64,000 nucleotides of DNA from Bacteroidota bacterium (lineage in GTDB: Bacteria > Bacteroidota > Bacteroidia > Bacteroidales > VadinHA17): the NCBI GenBank assembly GCA_018262715.1, contig JADFDS010000021.1:112010-176009 (forward strand), read 5' to 3'. The notes under the pieces are model-generated. The model ran no database searches and was not told where the DNA came from. It saw only the letters and a list, made by a program, of their open reading frames with translations. Of this stretch, positions 12,989-21,119 are shown one piece after another; positions within the stretch are counted from its first letter, which is position 1; the number at the start of each line of letters is the position of its first letter. The translations under genes were made by a program, and so were the position numbers.

Positions 12989-14362
12989 TTATAAAATCTC
13001 AGTTATTACGTTTTCTTTTTCCATCCTGATGCGCCACCCCTGGGGATAACCGTTATTGACCCTGTTGCCCAGGTTCTTCACGAAGCCCAGAGGCACATCA
13101 CGATAGGTCAGCAGAACTCTCCCCGCGGGCATCGAGGAGCCGTTCATCGACTCCAGCCTGAGGAAAACCAGAGCCTCCTCACGTGAAAGTGAGTGCCTCG
13201 TCCATGCTTCCTGCCTCTGCCTCACTGACATTGCCAGGTCATGCGCCGGTACCAGGTCATTCTTCTTCAGTTCACCGATCATTGTCCCTGCCTTGATTAC
13301 CGGCAGCCTTGCTTCAATGAATCCGAAAAGGCCGGCATCCGCCGCCAGGGCAATGATGCGGCCCTCGTGCATAATCACCCTTCCACGGTCAAAGTCTGCA
13401 AGGGACATGGTCCTTTCAAAAGCCTCCGGCGAAGGCTTCAAGACACTTTTCCTGCCGCCGGACACCCGCTCCCCTTGAACCGGCCTCACAGGCTTTCGTA
13501 GTGCGGCAATGAAAAATCCTTCTCCCCTGACCCTGCCGGGATGAAACCCGTAACCCTCTGTACCTCCGTACCTCACCGGTACCACCGGACTGCCCGGAGG
13601 AAGGCTTATCATGACAGGCTCAGCACCGGTACCCTCCCTTATCCATTCGACATTTTCCTCGTTTTCAGCAGGGTTGAATGTGCAGGTTGAATAGATCAGC
13701 ATGCCTCCGGGTTTAAGTGCAGGCCATACCTCCATAATTATCCTCCTCTGACGTTCGCAGCAGAGATTTGCATTCTGCAATGACCATTCCCTGACTGCAA
13801 CGGCTGAGCGGAACATCCCTTCGCCCGAACAGGGCGTATCAGCAACCACCACATCAAAGAAACCGGGAAGCTGCACAAAGCGCGAAGGATCAGCATTCGT
13901 CACGATGACATTGCCTGTCCCCCACTTGGTTATGTTCTCTGCAAGAATGGCAGAACGTGACCTGATGACTTCATTCGCTACCAGCAGCCCGTCATCTCCG
14001 AGAAGGGAGGCAATATGGGTGCTCTTTCCGCCCGGGGCACCGCAGAGATCAAGCACCCGGAGACCGCCCTGCCCGGCTGTCACCTGCCGGAACATCTCTC
14101 CGGTAAACATCCCCGATGACTCCTGAGGGTAATAGACCCCTGAATGAAACAGCGGATCACTGGTATACAGGGGCCGGCCAGGAAGATAAAACCCATCAGG
14201 CTCCCACTCCACTGCATCATAGCCGGTTACATTGTGAGGCCACTTCAGCCTGTTGACCCGCACTGAGGCGGCAGACGGCCCGCCAAGCGCCCCGGCGAGG
14301 CCACGGGCATCAATATAGGCCTGACTTTCAATCCGCTCAAGAAACTCCGGGGGCAACATCAT
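12989..14362 (-). CDS. RsmB/RsmF-family rRNA cytosine-C5 methyltransferase
   Basis: LDLCGAPGGKSTH (SAM site), DTPCSGEGMFR and LIYSTCTF (catalytic Cys motifs). The track start at 14380 is TTG. The first ATG (MMLPPEF) is at 14362, just downstream of a -7 box. Confidence 0.8.
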   Translation of the reverse strand: MMLPPEFLERIESQAYIDARGLAGALGGPSAASVRVNRLKWPHNVTGYDAVEWEPDGFYLPGRPLYTSDPLFHSGVYYPQESSGMFTGEMFRQVTAGQGGLRVLDLCGAPGGKSTHIASLLGDDGLLVANEVIRSRSAILAENITKWGTGNVIVTNADPSRFVQLPGFFDVVVADTPCSGEGMFRSAVAVREWSLQNANLCCERQRRIIMEVWPALKPGGMLIYSTCTFNPAENEENVEWIREGTGAEPVMISLPPGSPVVPVRYGGTEGYGFHPGRVRGEGFFIAALRKPVRPVQGERVSGGRKSVLKPSPEAFERTMSLADFDRGRVIMHEGRIIALAADAGLFGFIEARLPVIKAGTMIGELKKNDLVPAHDLAMSVRQRQEAWTRHSLSREEALVFLRLESMNGSSMPAGRVLLTYRDVPLGFVKNLGNRVNNGYPQGWRIRMEKENVITEIL

Positions 14363-14377
14363 TTTACTGTTTCCGGA

Positions 14378-14385
14378 CAAAGATA
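14378..14385 (-). promoter_or_regulatory. Bacteroidota -7 box (TATCTTTG) for the rsmF-like gene
   Basis: Perfect TAnnTTTG on the minus strand, 16 nt upstream of ATG 14362. Implies a very short leader. Confidence 0.4.
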
Positions 14386-14509
14386 ACCATTGAAATCAAT
14401 CCGGCTGACTGATAATCACCCCTGTCTTCAGCTAACGCCTCCCATTGTCAGGGCGCGCTCGGGACTCTCACCCTATAGTTATCGCCCATGCCGGGCACAC
14501 ACAAAGAAT

Positions 14510-14533
14510 GCCGCCCCGGTAACCCGGGGCGGC
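14510..14533 (-). terminator. GC-only 10-bp hairpin, candidate terminator downstream of the CDF gene
   Basis: GCCGCCCCGG-TAAC-CCGGGGCGGC. On the minus strand it is followed by ATTCTTTGTGTGTG. Confidence 0.45.
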
Positions 14534-14637
14534 ACTTAAAATAACCCCTAAAACCTAAACTGTCTAATAGGACGGTATTTGTCGCAACAAATCCGTATGA
14601 AGACTAAAGTGTAAGAGTTACACTAATTAGGTACTTG

Positions 14638-14645
14638 CAAATGTA
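14638..14645 (-). promoter_or_regulatory. Orphan -7-like box (TACATTTG) inside the 331-bp gap
   Basis: Perfect TAnnTTTG on the minus strand, about 105 nt upstream of the GC hairpin at 14510..14533. No ORF follows. Confidence 0.25.
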
Positions 14646-14711
14646 AGGCTCAAACACTGTGCTTATGATGACATATCTCATGTTTAGCCTATTTAACATT
14701 TTTTAGTAAAC

Positions 14712-15329
14712 TCAGGCGATAAGCTCTCTGCCGGAGTCTCTTAGCAGTCCGAGTGACCACCTGATGATGACTGCCGAACTGATGAGGGCTGCTATTGCAT
14801 CTACATAGGGCAGTCCCCAGATCATTGCAGTGACCAGTCCCAGGATGGCTGCCACGCTGGTAATTGCGTCAGCCAGCACGTGAAGGTATGCCGCCCTGAT
14901 ATTGTTATCAGCCTCTTCATGATCATGATGCAGCAGAAAGGCGCTGAGTATATTCACCCCGAGACCGATAAAGGCTATCATGATGGCCTCACGGTACTCA
15001 ATGATCCGCGGGTTTATGAACCGCCCCACGGCGCCGGCAATTATCATTCCGGCAAAAATAAGAAGTATGAGTCCGCTGGTGTAACCTGAAAGAGTCAGTA
15101 TCTTCTCCTTGCTGCCGGTAAACGAGGGGTTGGCGGAGAGCTTCTGAACAAGCACGTATGCAGCCCAGCTGAGCCCTATGGCCAGTACATGCGAACCCAT
15201 GTGAATGCCGTCGGCCAGCAGGGCCATGGAGCCTGTAAGCAACCCGGCAATTATCTCCACCACCATTGTCACTGCGGTGAGAATGACTACCCAGCCGGTG
15301 CGCCTTTTATTTTTTTCAATCGCTGTCAC
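14712..15329 (-). CDS. Cation diffusion facilitator (CDF) transporter, membrane domain only
   Basis: TM2 LLADGIHMGSH and TM5 AAYLHVLADAITS resemble CDF site-A ligands. Six hydrophobic helices. The protein ends right after TM6 (LLRDSGRELIA*) at 205 aa. GTG start. Confidence 0.75.
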   Translation of the reverse strand: MTAIEKNKRRTGWVVILTAVTMVVEIIAGLLTGSMALLADGIHMGSHVLAIGLSWAAYVLVQKLSANPSFTGSKEKILTLSGYTSGLILLIFAGMIIAGAVGRFINPRIIEYREAIMIAFIGLGVNILSAFLLHHDHEEADNNIRAAYLHVLADAITSVAAILGLVTAMIWGLPYVDAIAALISSAVIIRWSLGLLRDSGRELIA

Positions 15330-15429
15330 AGCTAATAAACGGACAGGCCTCTCCTATTGTTTAAGCCGTTTAAGAATTTATTCCCCTGACAATGAGCCGC
15401 CATCCGGCTGGTCAATTTCGCCGCCGATG

Positions 15430-18060
15430 TTATTCTTTCATAACAACCTCTTTCCCTGTAAGCCTGAACCTTGCAGTCATGGCCTGAGCATGACCTTCAG
15501 CACCAGTCACCGCCGTCCCCGGCTGCCCTCCTCCCACACTGACGGTAAACCATCCGGGCTCAATAACCCTTGTATCCTTATTGTTGAACATTGAGAACTG
15601 CTCCGGTTTCAGGGTAAACTCAACCCTTCTGCTCTCCCCGGGCCTCAGGGTAATCCGGTCGAACCCTTCAAGCTGTCTGAGAGGTCTCGGCGTAGTGGCT
15701 TTCTCATCAGTCAGATAAAGCTGTACTACCTCGTCGCCTGTCATTTTCCCGATGTTGGCGACAGTCACACTCACCTTTACCTCTGTACCGGCGACGGTCT
15801 TTGCCGGCACCACGAGGTCCGAATAGGCAAAGGTGGTATAACTCAATCCGTACCCAAAAGGATAAAGGGGTGTTCCCCTGAAATACCTGTAGGTGCGGTT
15901 ATCCATATCATAATCTTCAAAAGGAGGCAGCTGGTCAACCGACCTGTAGTAGGTGACAGGCAGTCGCCCGGCCGGGTTGTAATCACCGAAGAGGACATCA
16001 GCTATCGCGTTGCCCCCCTCCACGCCGGGGTAACCTGCCAGTAGCACAGCCGTGGCTTTTTCATGGGCCTGCAGGGAAGAAACCGGGCTGCCGTTCATCA
16101 GCACCACCACAACCGGCTTCCCGGTGGCGAGCAGCGCTGCCAGCAGCTCTTCCTGGATGGCGGGCAGGCCGAGGGTGGTTCTGTCTCCCCCTTCGAAACC
16201 TTCGAGTTTCAGGTTCAGCTCCTCCCCCTCGAGCCGGGGAGAGAGACCCAGTGCAACAATTACTGCATCAGCCTGTGAGGCTGCTTCCACCGCGTTAGCT
16301 TTCATGTCATCGCGCGGCATGCTCCAGAGGAGTTCCATATCGGCATCACCGCCGTGGTTGCGGTAGAGTACCTCAACCCTGTATTTCTCTCCCGCCCTGA
16401 GATCCATCGGCACTTCCCGTATGGCTGCATGATGTTCATTGTAGAAGGAAAGGAGGGTATCTCCTTCGAGGATAATGGTATAACCCGATGAACCCCATGT
16501 GCCAAGATAATACGTGCCTGTCACCGGCGGAACCAGATCGGCAACCCAGTGAATGCCGAAGTCATTTACCGGCATGAGCGAATGAGGTGAATCATTGTCC
16601 CAGTAGAAGTCAATCATGTCATCGGTGCGGGTGAAAAGAGGCTCGCCCTTCATTTCACGTGACGTGTAGTAAGCGCCCAGTACTCCCTGTTTGCCGTCAG
16701 GTGTACGCAAATATCTGGATGGTATTGGTACCAGGTTATGCATTCCGGTCGCCAGGTCACTCCCCTCTGCATATAGAACCGCAGCATCAGGCCTGAGTTT
16801 GGCCTTTATTCCCTCAAGCAGGCTGACCGGGTCCTTTGGAATGCCGTTGTAATTGCCCACGAGCGCCTCATGGCTGGCTGCGTTGGGACCGATTACAGCC
16901 ACAGTGCGGATATCCCTGCTCAGGGGGAGGGTTCCGTTGCTGTTCTTGAGTAGAACAATTGATTCCCGGGCCGCCTTCCTGGCAAGTGACCGGTTGTAAT
17001 CCGAGCAATTTGCCTGATATGGTATCTGAGCATAATCAACAATACTGTCAGGATCGAACATCCCGAGCCTGAACCTGGCCAGCATCACCCTTCGTGCCGA
17101 ACGGTCAATATCTGCCTCTGTTATCAGCCCCTTCTTCAGGGCCTCCGTCAGGTGGTTGTAGTCTACCCCGCACTCGAGGTCAGTACCCGCTTTCAGAGCC
17201 ATTGCGGCCGCTTCGACCGGGCCCGCAGCGTACCCCTGGAAATTGTAAAAATCAGATACCGCCCAGCAGTCTGAGACAATGTAACCGTCAAAACCCCACT
17301 CATTTCGCAGAATGCCGTAAAGCTCATCATTGGCGCATGCCGGGTGGTCCCTGAACTGGTTGTAGGCACCCATCACCGAGTAGACCTTCCCTTCCTTCAC
17401 CAGGGTGCGAAACGCAGGCAGATATGTCTCGCGAAGGTCACGCTCGCTGATCACCGCATTGAACTTATGTCTTAAGGGCTCAGGGCCCGAATGAACTGCA
17501 TAATGCTTCGCGGTTGCTATGGTTTTTAGATACTTCGGATCAGATCCCTGCATCCCCTGCACAAACCTCAACCCCAGCCTTCCGGTAAGGTACGGATCCT
17601 CTCCGTAAGTCTCCTGACCCCTCCCCCAGCGGGGATCACGGAAGAGATTGATGTTCGGCGACCAGAAGGTCAGCCCGTGATATATGCCACGGTCACCTCT
17701 TCTCACAAATTCGTGGTGCTTTGCCCTTGCCTCATCCGATATGGCATTGGCTACATCAAGCATCAGCTCTTCATCCCAGCTGTTTGCAAAAGTAATCGAC
17801 TGCGGAAAAACAGTTGCGTGCCCCGCCCTGGCAACCCCGTGCAGTGCCTCATTCCACCAATTGTACTCCGGAATGCCCAGCCGCGTAATGGCAGGAGCAG
17901 TGTAAAGAAGCTGCGCTGCCTTCTCCTCGACAGTCATGCGCGAGACAAGGTCATCAACCCGCTTTTCAAATGAAAGCCCGGTATCAAGAAACGGATATTG
18001 CTGAGCGCTGACTGACACAAACAGCAAAACTGCAAACAGAAGGGCGGCTGGTCTTTTCAT
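15430..18060 (-). CDS. GH3 beta-glucosidase/beta-xylosidase-type exo-glycosidase with PA14 insertion
   Basis: Signal peptide. KHYAVHSGPE and GYIVSDCWAV (nucleophile Asp context). PA14-like insert (YYTSREMKGEPLFTRTDDMIDFYWD...). Fn3-like C-terminus. Confidence 0.9.
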   Translation of the reverse strand: MKRPAALLFAVLLFVSVSAQQYPFLDTGLSFEKRVDDLVSRMTVEEKAAQLLYTAPAITRLGIPEYNWWNEALHGVARAGHATVFPQSITFANSWDEELMLDVANAISDEARAKHHEFVRRGDRGIYHGLTFWSPNINLFRDPRWGRGQETYGEDPYLTGRLGLRFVQGMQGSDPKYLKTIATAKHYAVHSGPEPLRHKFNAVISERDLRETYLPAFRTLVKEGKVYSVMGAYNQFRDHPACANDELYGILRNEWGFDGYIVSDCWAVSDFYNFQGYAAGPVEAAAMALKAGTDLECGVDYNHLTEALKKGLITEADIDRSARRVMLARFRLGMFDPDSIVDYAQIPYQANCSDYNRSLARKAARESIVLLKNSNGTLPLSRDIRTVAVIGPNAASHEALVGNYNGIPKDPVSLLEGIKAKLRPDAAVLYAEGSDLATGMHNLVPIPSRYLRTPDGKQGVLGAYYTSREMKGEPLFTRTDDMIDFYWDNDSPHSLMPVNDFGIHWVADLVPPVTGTYYLGTWGSSGYTIILEGDTLLSFYNEHHAAIREVPMDLRAGEKYRVEVLYRNHGGDADMELLWSMPRDDMKANAVEAASQADAVIVALGLSPRLEGEELNLKLEGFEGGDRTTLGLPAIQEELLAALLATGKPVVVVLMNGSPVSSLQAHEKATAVLLAGYPGVEGGNAIADVLFGDYNPAGRLPVTYYRSVDQLPPFEDYDMDNRTYRYFRGTPLYPFGYGLSYTTFAYSDLVVPAKTVAGTEVKVSVTVANIGKMTGDEVVQLYLTDEKATTPRPLRQLEGFDRITLRPGESRRVEFTLKPEQFSMFNNKDTRVIEPGWFTVSVGGGQPGTAVTGAEGHAQAMTARFRLTGKEVVMKE

Positions 18061-18239
18061 TCTTTGGATATTTTTATACTGATAAAGATATCACTAATTG
18101 GGTTTATTCTGATACCCCGCCTGCCCTTACGGGCGAAATTCACACAATAACTTCAGCTAACAGCCGGGGCAAGTTAAATTATGGTGAGCTCTCCTGAAAG
18201 GGAGCTCATCTCCTTTGTTTATCCTTTGATATGAATTAT

Positions 18240-18247
18240 TACCTTTG
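18240..18247 (+). promoter_or_regulatory. -7 box (TACCTTTG) for the Gfo/Idh/MocA-DUF1080 pair
   Basis: Perfect TAnnTTTG 47 nt upstream of ATG 18294. The leader contains the hairpin CCCGGC-TTTTT-GCCGGG (18256..18272). Confidence 0.4.
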
Positions 18248-18293
18248 GGAACAGACCCGGCTTTTTGCCGGGCTCCCAAACAGCAATCAGATC

Positions 18294-19640
18294 ATGAGCA
18301 AGAGAAGAGACTTTGTGAAAAACAGCCTCCTGGCTTCAGCCGGAATTGCAGGCCTGGGATCAGTGGCTTCACTCTACGGAGCAACCGGAAGAAGGGTGAA
18401 CCCCTCAGACAAAATCAGGGTGGCGCTGATCGGCGGCCGTAACATGGGCTGGTCAGACCTCGAGACCTTCCTGAAATTTCCACAGGTGGAGTGCGTCTCC
18501 ATTTGCGACATCGATAACGAATGGCTTTATAAAAGAGCCGCTGATACGGAAAAGATCTCCGGGAAGCGGCCGTCACAGATTGTGAAGGACTGGAGAAGGG
18601 TTATGGACAACCCGGATGTGGATGCCGTTATCATCGGCACCCCCGACCACTGGCATTGCCTGCAGGCAATCTCGGCCATGGAGGCCGGCAAAGATGTCTA
18701 CTGTGAGAAGCCGCTCGCCAACTCCATAGCCGAGTGTGACGCCATGGTCAGGGCAGCCCGTAATAATAAGCGCGTGGTACAGACAGGCCAGTGGCAGCGT
18801 AGCGATCCCCACTGGCAGGATGCTGTTGCCTTTATCCACTCAGGTAAACTGGGACGGATCAGAACGGTAAAGGTCTGGGCATACATGATCTGGAAAAAGA
18901 CTTTGCCCGTGCAGCCTGACGGTACTGTACCTGCCGGAGTTGACTACGATATGTGGCTCGGCCCGGCCAGACACAGACCGTTCAACCCGAACCGGTTCCA
19001 CTATAACTTCCGCTATTTCTGGGATTATGCAGGCGGACTTATGTCAGACTGGGGGGTACACCTGCTCGACTATGCCCTTCTTGGGATGAAGGCTGACCTC
19101 CCGAAAGCCGTTTATACCGCCGGTGGCAAATTTGCTTATCCGGGTGATGCCATGGAGACACCTGATACGCTCCTGGCCTCGTATGTTTATGATGATTTCA
19201 CCATCAGCTGGGACCACGCCTGCGGAATCAAGGACGGCCCTTACGGACGTGAACACGGTCTGGCTTTCATCGGCGAGAACGGCACCCTGCTGATTGACCG
19301 CAACGGCTGGGAGGTCATCCCGGAGGTGGATTCAGCACCGCGCATGGAAGCCGTACCCCTCATGAAGAAATCCGAGCAGATCGAAGGGCAGGCCGTGGCC
19401 GGAGGTGGACTCGCCTCACACATCGCAAATTTCCTTGACTGCATTTCAACCCGCAATCTGCCAAACGCTGATGTTGAGATAGGAGCCCGGGTTGCCAAGA
19501 TGACACACCTTGCAAACGTCTCATGCAGGCTGGGCAAACCCCTGACCTGGGACAACCCATCAAACATGTTCGGCGAAGCTGATGCCAATGCTCTGATAAT
19601 GCCTTATTACAACGAACCGTGGAAATTTCCCAAATACTAA
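18294..19640 (+). CDS. TAT-exported Gfo/Idh/MocA-family oxidoreductase (candidate glycoside 3-dehydrogenase type)
   Basis: The internal ATG gives MSKRRDFVKNSLLASAGIAGLG, a twin-arginine signal. Rossmann motif IRVALIGGRNMG. EKPL motif at CEKPLA. Confidence 0.85.
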   Translation: MSKRRDFVKNSLLASAGIAGLGSVASLYGATGRRVNPSDKIRVALIGGRNMGWSDLETFLKFPQVECVSICDIDNEWLYKRAADTEKISGKRPSQIVKDWRRVMDNPDVDAVIIGTPDHWHCLQAISAMEAGKDVYCEKPLANSIAECDAMVRAARNNKRVVQTGQWQRSDPHWQDAVAFIHSGKLGRIRTVKVWAYMIWKKTLPVQPDGTVPAGVDYDMWLGPARHRPFNPNRFHYNFRYFWDYAGGLMSDWGVHLLDYALLGMKADLPKAVYTAGGKFAYPGDAMETPDTLLASYVYDDFTISWDHACGIKDGPYGREHGLAFIGENGTLLIDRNGWEVIPEVDSAPRMEAVPLMKKSEQIEGQAVAGGGLASHIANFLDCISTRNLPNADVEIGARVAKMTHLANVSCRLGKPLTWDNPSNMFGEADANALIMPYYNEPWKFPKY

Positions 19641-19650
19641 TCATAAAACT

Positions 19651-21021
19651 ATGAAAGCAAGACTCCTTCTCCCTGCTGTTCTTCTGACTCTTTTGCTGAC
19701 CGGATGCGGTCAGTCAGGCTGGCATGACCTCTTCAACGGAAAAGACTTTACAGGATTCGTCCAGAAAGGCGGACAGGCACAATTCACGGTTGAAGACGGT
19801 GTGATGGTCGGAATATCCACCCCTGACACCCCGAACAGCTTCATGTGCACTTCAGAAGAGTACTCAGATTTTATCCTTGAGTTTGAAGTGAAGGCAGATA
19901 CCATTCTCAACTCGGGCGTACAGGTCAGGAGTCACAGCACCGAAAACGGTGACAGAACCCTGGTTTACGGATACCAGGTGGAAATTGATCCCACAGACAG
20001 GGGCTGGAGCGGCGGAATCTATGACGAAGCACGACGGGGATGGCTATACCCCGTCACACCGAACAATGTCGCAGCCGTCAGATCATTTGACCGGCATGGC
20101 TGGAACAGCTACCGGGTGGAGGCAATCGGCAACAGGATCAGGACATGGATCAACGGTATCCCTGTCGCTGACCTGGCTGACGATGCCGATTCTTCAGGGT
20201 TCATAGCGTTCCAGGTGCATGCCGTGAGCCGGGAACTGGCCGGGACGAAGGTCATGTGGAAAAACATCAGGATAGCCACTGAAAATCTCGAAAAACTTGC
20301 GTTACCCGACACGACAAAAATATTCCAGGCAAATTTCATCCCCAACACCCTCACTGAACGGGAAAAAGCAGATGGATGGAAGCTGCTGTTTGACGGTACT
20401 TCTTCAGCCGGATGGAGAGGGGCTCACAAGGATGCCTTCCCGGAATCAGGATGGGTCATTGAGAACGGCTGCCTTAAAGTACTCGCTTCCGGAGGTGCCG
20501 AGTCACAGGGCGGTGGTGACATCGTCACCATTGATCAGTACGGCAACTTCGACCTGTTCTTCGAGTTCATGATCACTGAAGGAGCAAACAGCGGGGTAAA
20601 GTATTTCGTATCAGAAGCCTATCCGACGGCAGGCTCAGCCATAGGACTTGAGTACCAGATACTCGATGACCAGCGTCACCCCGACGCGAAGATGGGCCGT
20701 GACGGCAACCGTACTCTCTCTTCACTCTATGATCTCATTCCTGCTGCCAACAAGCGTTTCAACGGTGTGGGTCAGTGGAATGCAGCACATATAGTATCGG
20801 TGAACGGTCATGTGGAGCACTGGCTGAACGGTTTCAAGGTGCTGGAATACGAGAGGGGCAGCGAGGAGTACCGCAAGCTTGTCAGCGAAAGCAAATACAA
20901 GGTTTTTGCCGGCTTCGGTGAAGCGGAACATGGGCACATCCTGCTCCAGGATCACGGGAATGAGGTCGCATTCCGCAGCATCAAGATAAGGCAAGAGGCA
21001 AGAGGCAATAGGCAGTGGTAA
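19651..21021 (+). CDS. Lipoprotein with two tandem DUF1080 (3-keto-disaccharide hydrolase, PF06439) domains
   Basis: LLLTGC lipobox. Two repeats of the W(H/K)xLFNG/DG...F.L.FE......NSG......E.Q(V/I)(L/I)D...W(I/L)NG....I(K)IR pattern, at roughly aa 25-205 and 235-450. Confidence 0.8.
   Translation: MKARLLLPAVLLTLLLTGCGQSGWHDLFNGKDFTGFVQKGGQAQFTVEDGVMVGISTPDTPNSFMCTSEEYSDFILEFEVKADTILNSGVQVRSHSTENGDRTLVYGYQVEIDPTDRGWSGGIYDEARRGWLYPVTPNNVAAVRSFDRHGWNSYRVEAIGNRIRTWINGIPVADLADDADSSGFIAFQVHAVSRELAGTKVMWKNIRIATENLEKLALPDTTKIFQANFIPNTLTEREKADGWKLLFDGTSSAGWRGAHKDAFPESGWVIENGCLKVLASGGAESQGGGDIVTIDQYGNFDLFFEFMITEGANSGVKYFVSEAYPTAGSAIGLEYQILDDQRHPDAKMGRDGNRTLSSLYDLIPAANKRFNGVGQWNAAHIVSVNGHVEHWLNGFKVLEYERGSEEYRKLVSESKYKVFAGFGEAEHGHILLQDHGNEVAFRSIKIRQEARGNRQW
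20989..21016. repeat. Heptamer microrepeat AGGCAAG x4 at the 3' end of the DUF1080 gene
   Basis: AGGCAAG AGGCAAG AGGCAAT AGGCAGT. Encodes the tail ..RQEARGNRQW. Same heptamer family as 6166..6186. Confidence 0.85.
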
Positions 21022-21022
21022 A

Positions 21023-21058
21023 AATAACAGGCAGTAGAGTTAATTACTGCCTGTTATT
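21023..21058. terminator. Bidirectional hairpin terminator between DUF1080 (+) and galM (-)
   Basis: Perfect 14-bp stem AATAACAGGCAGTA / TACTGCCTGTTATT with loop GAGTTAAT. A/T runs on both sides. Confidence 0.7.
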
Positions 21059-21087
21059 ATTTATGAGACTAAGCCTTAATTTTCCCG

Positions 21088-21119
21088 GACCCTCAGACCC
21101 TCAGACCTTCAGACCTTCT
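21088..21119. repeat. Octamer microrepeat GACC(C/T)TCA x4 abutting the galM stop codon
   Basis: GACCCTCA GACCCTCA GACCTTCA GACCTTCT. Confidence 0.85.

Noticed and set aside
14400-14505. GC-rich segment as SRP RNA, RNase P RNA or a riboswitch
   Set aside because: By eye it lacks GGAAG/AGCA SRP domain-IV motifs, the GAAAGTCCGGGC RNase P motif, and TPP, cobalamin and SAM core motifs. I leave it unassigned; a cmscan run would be needed.
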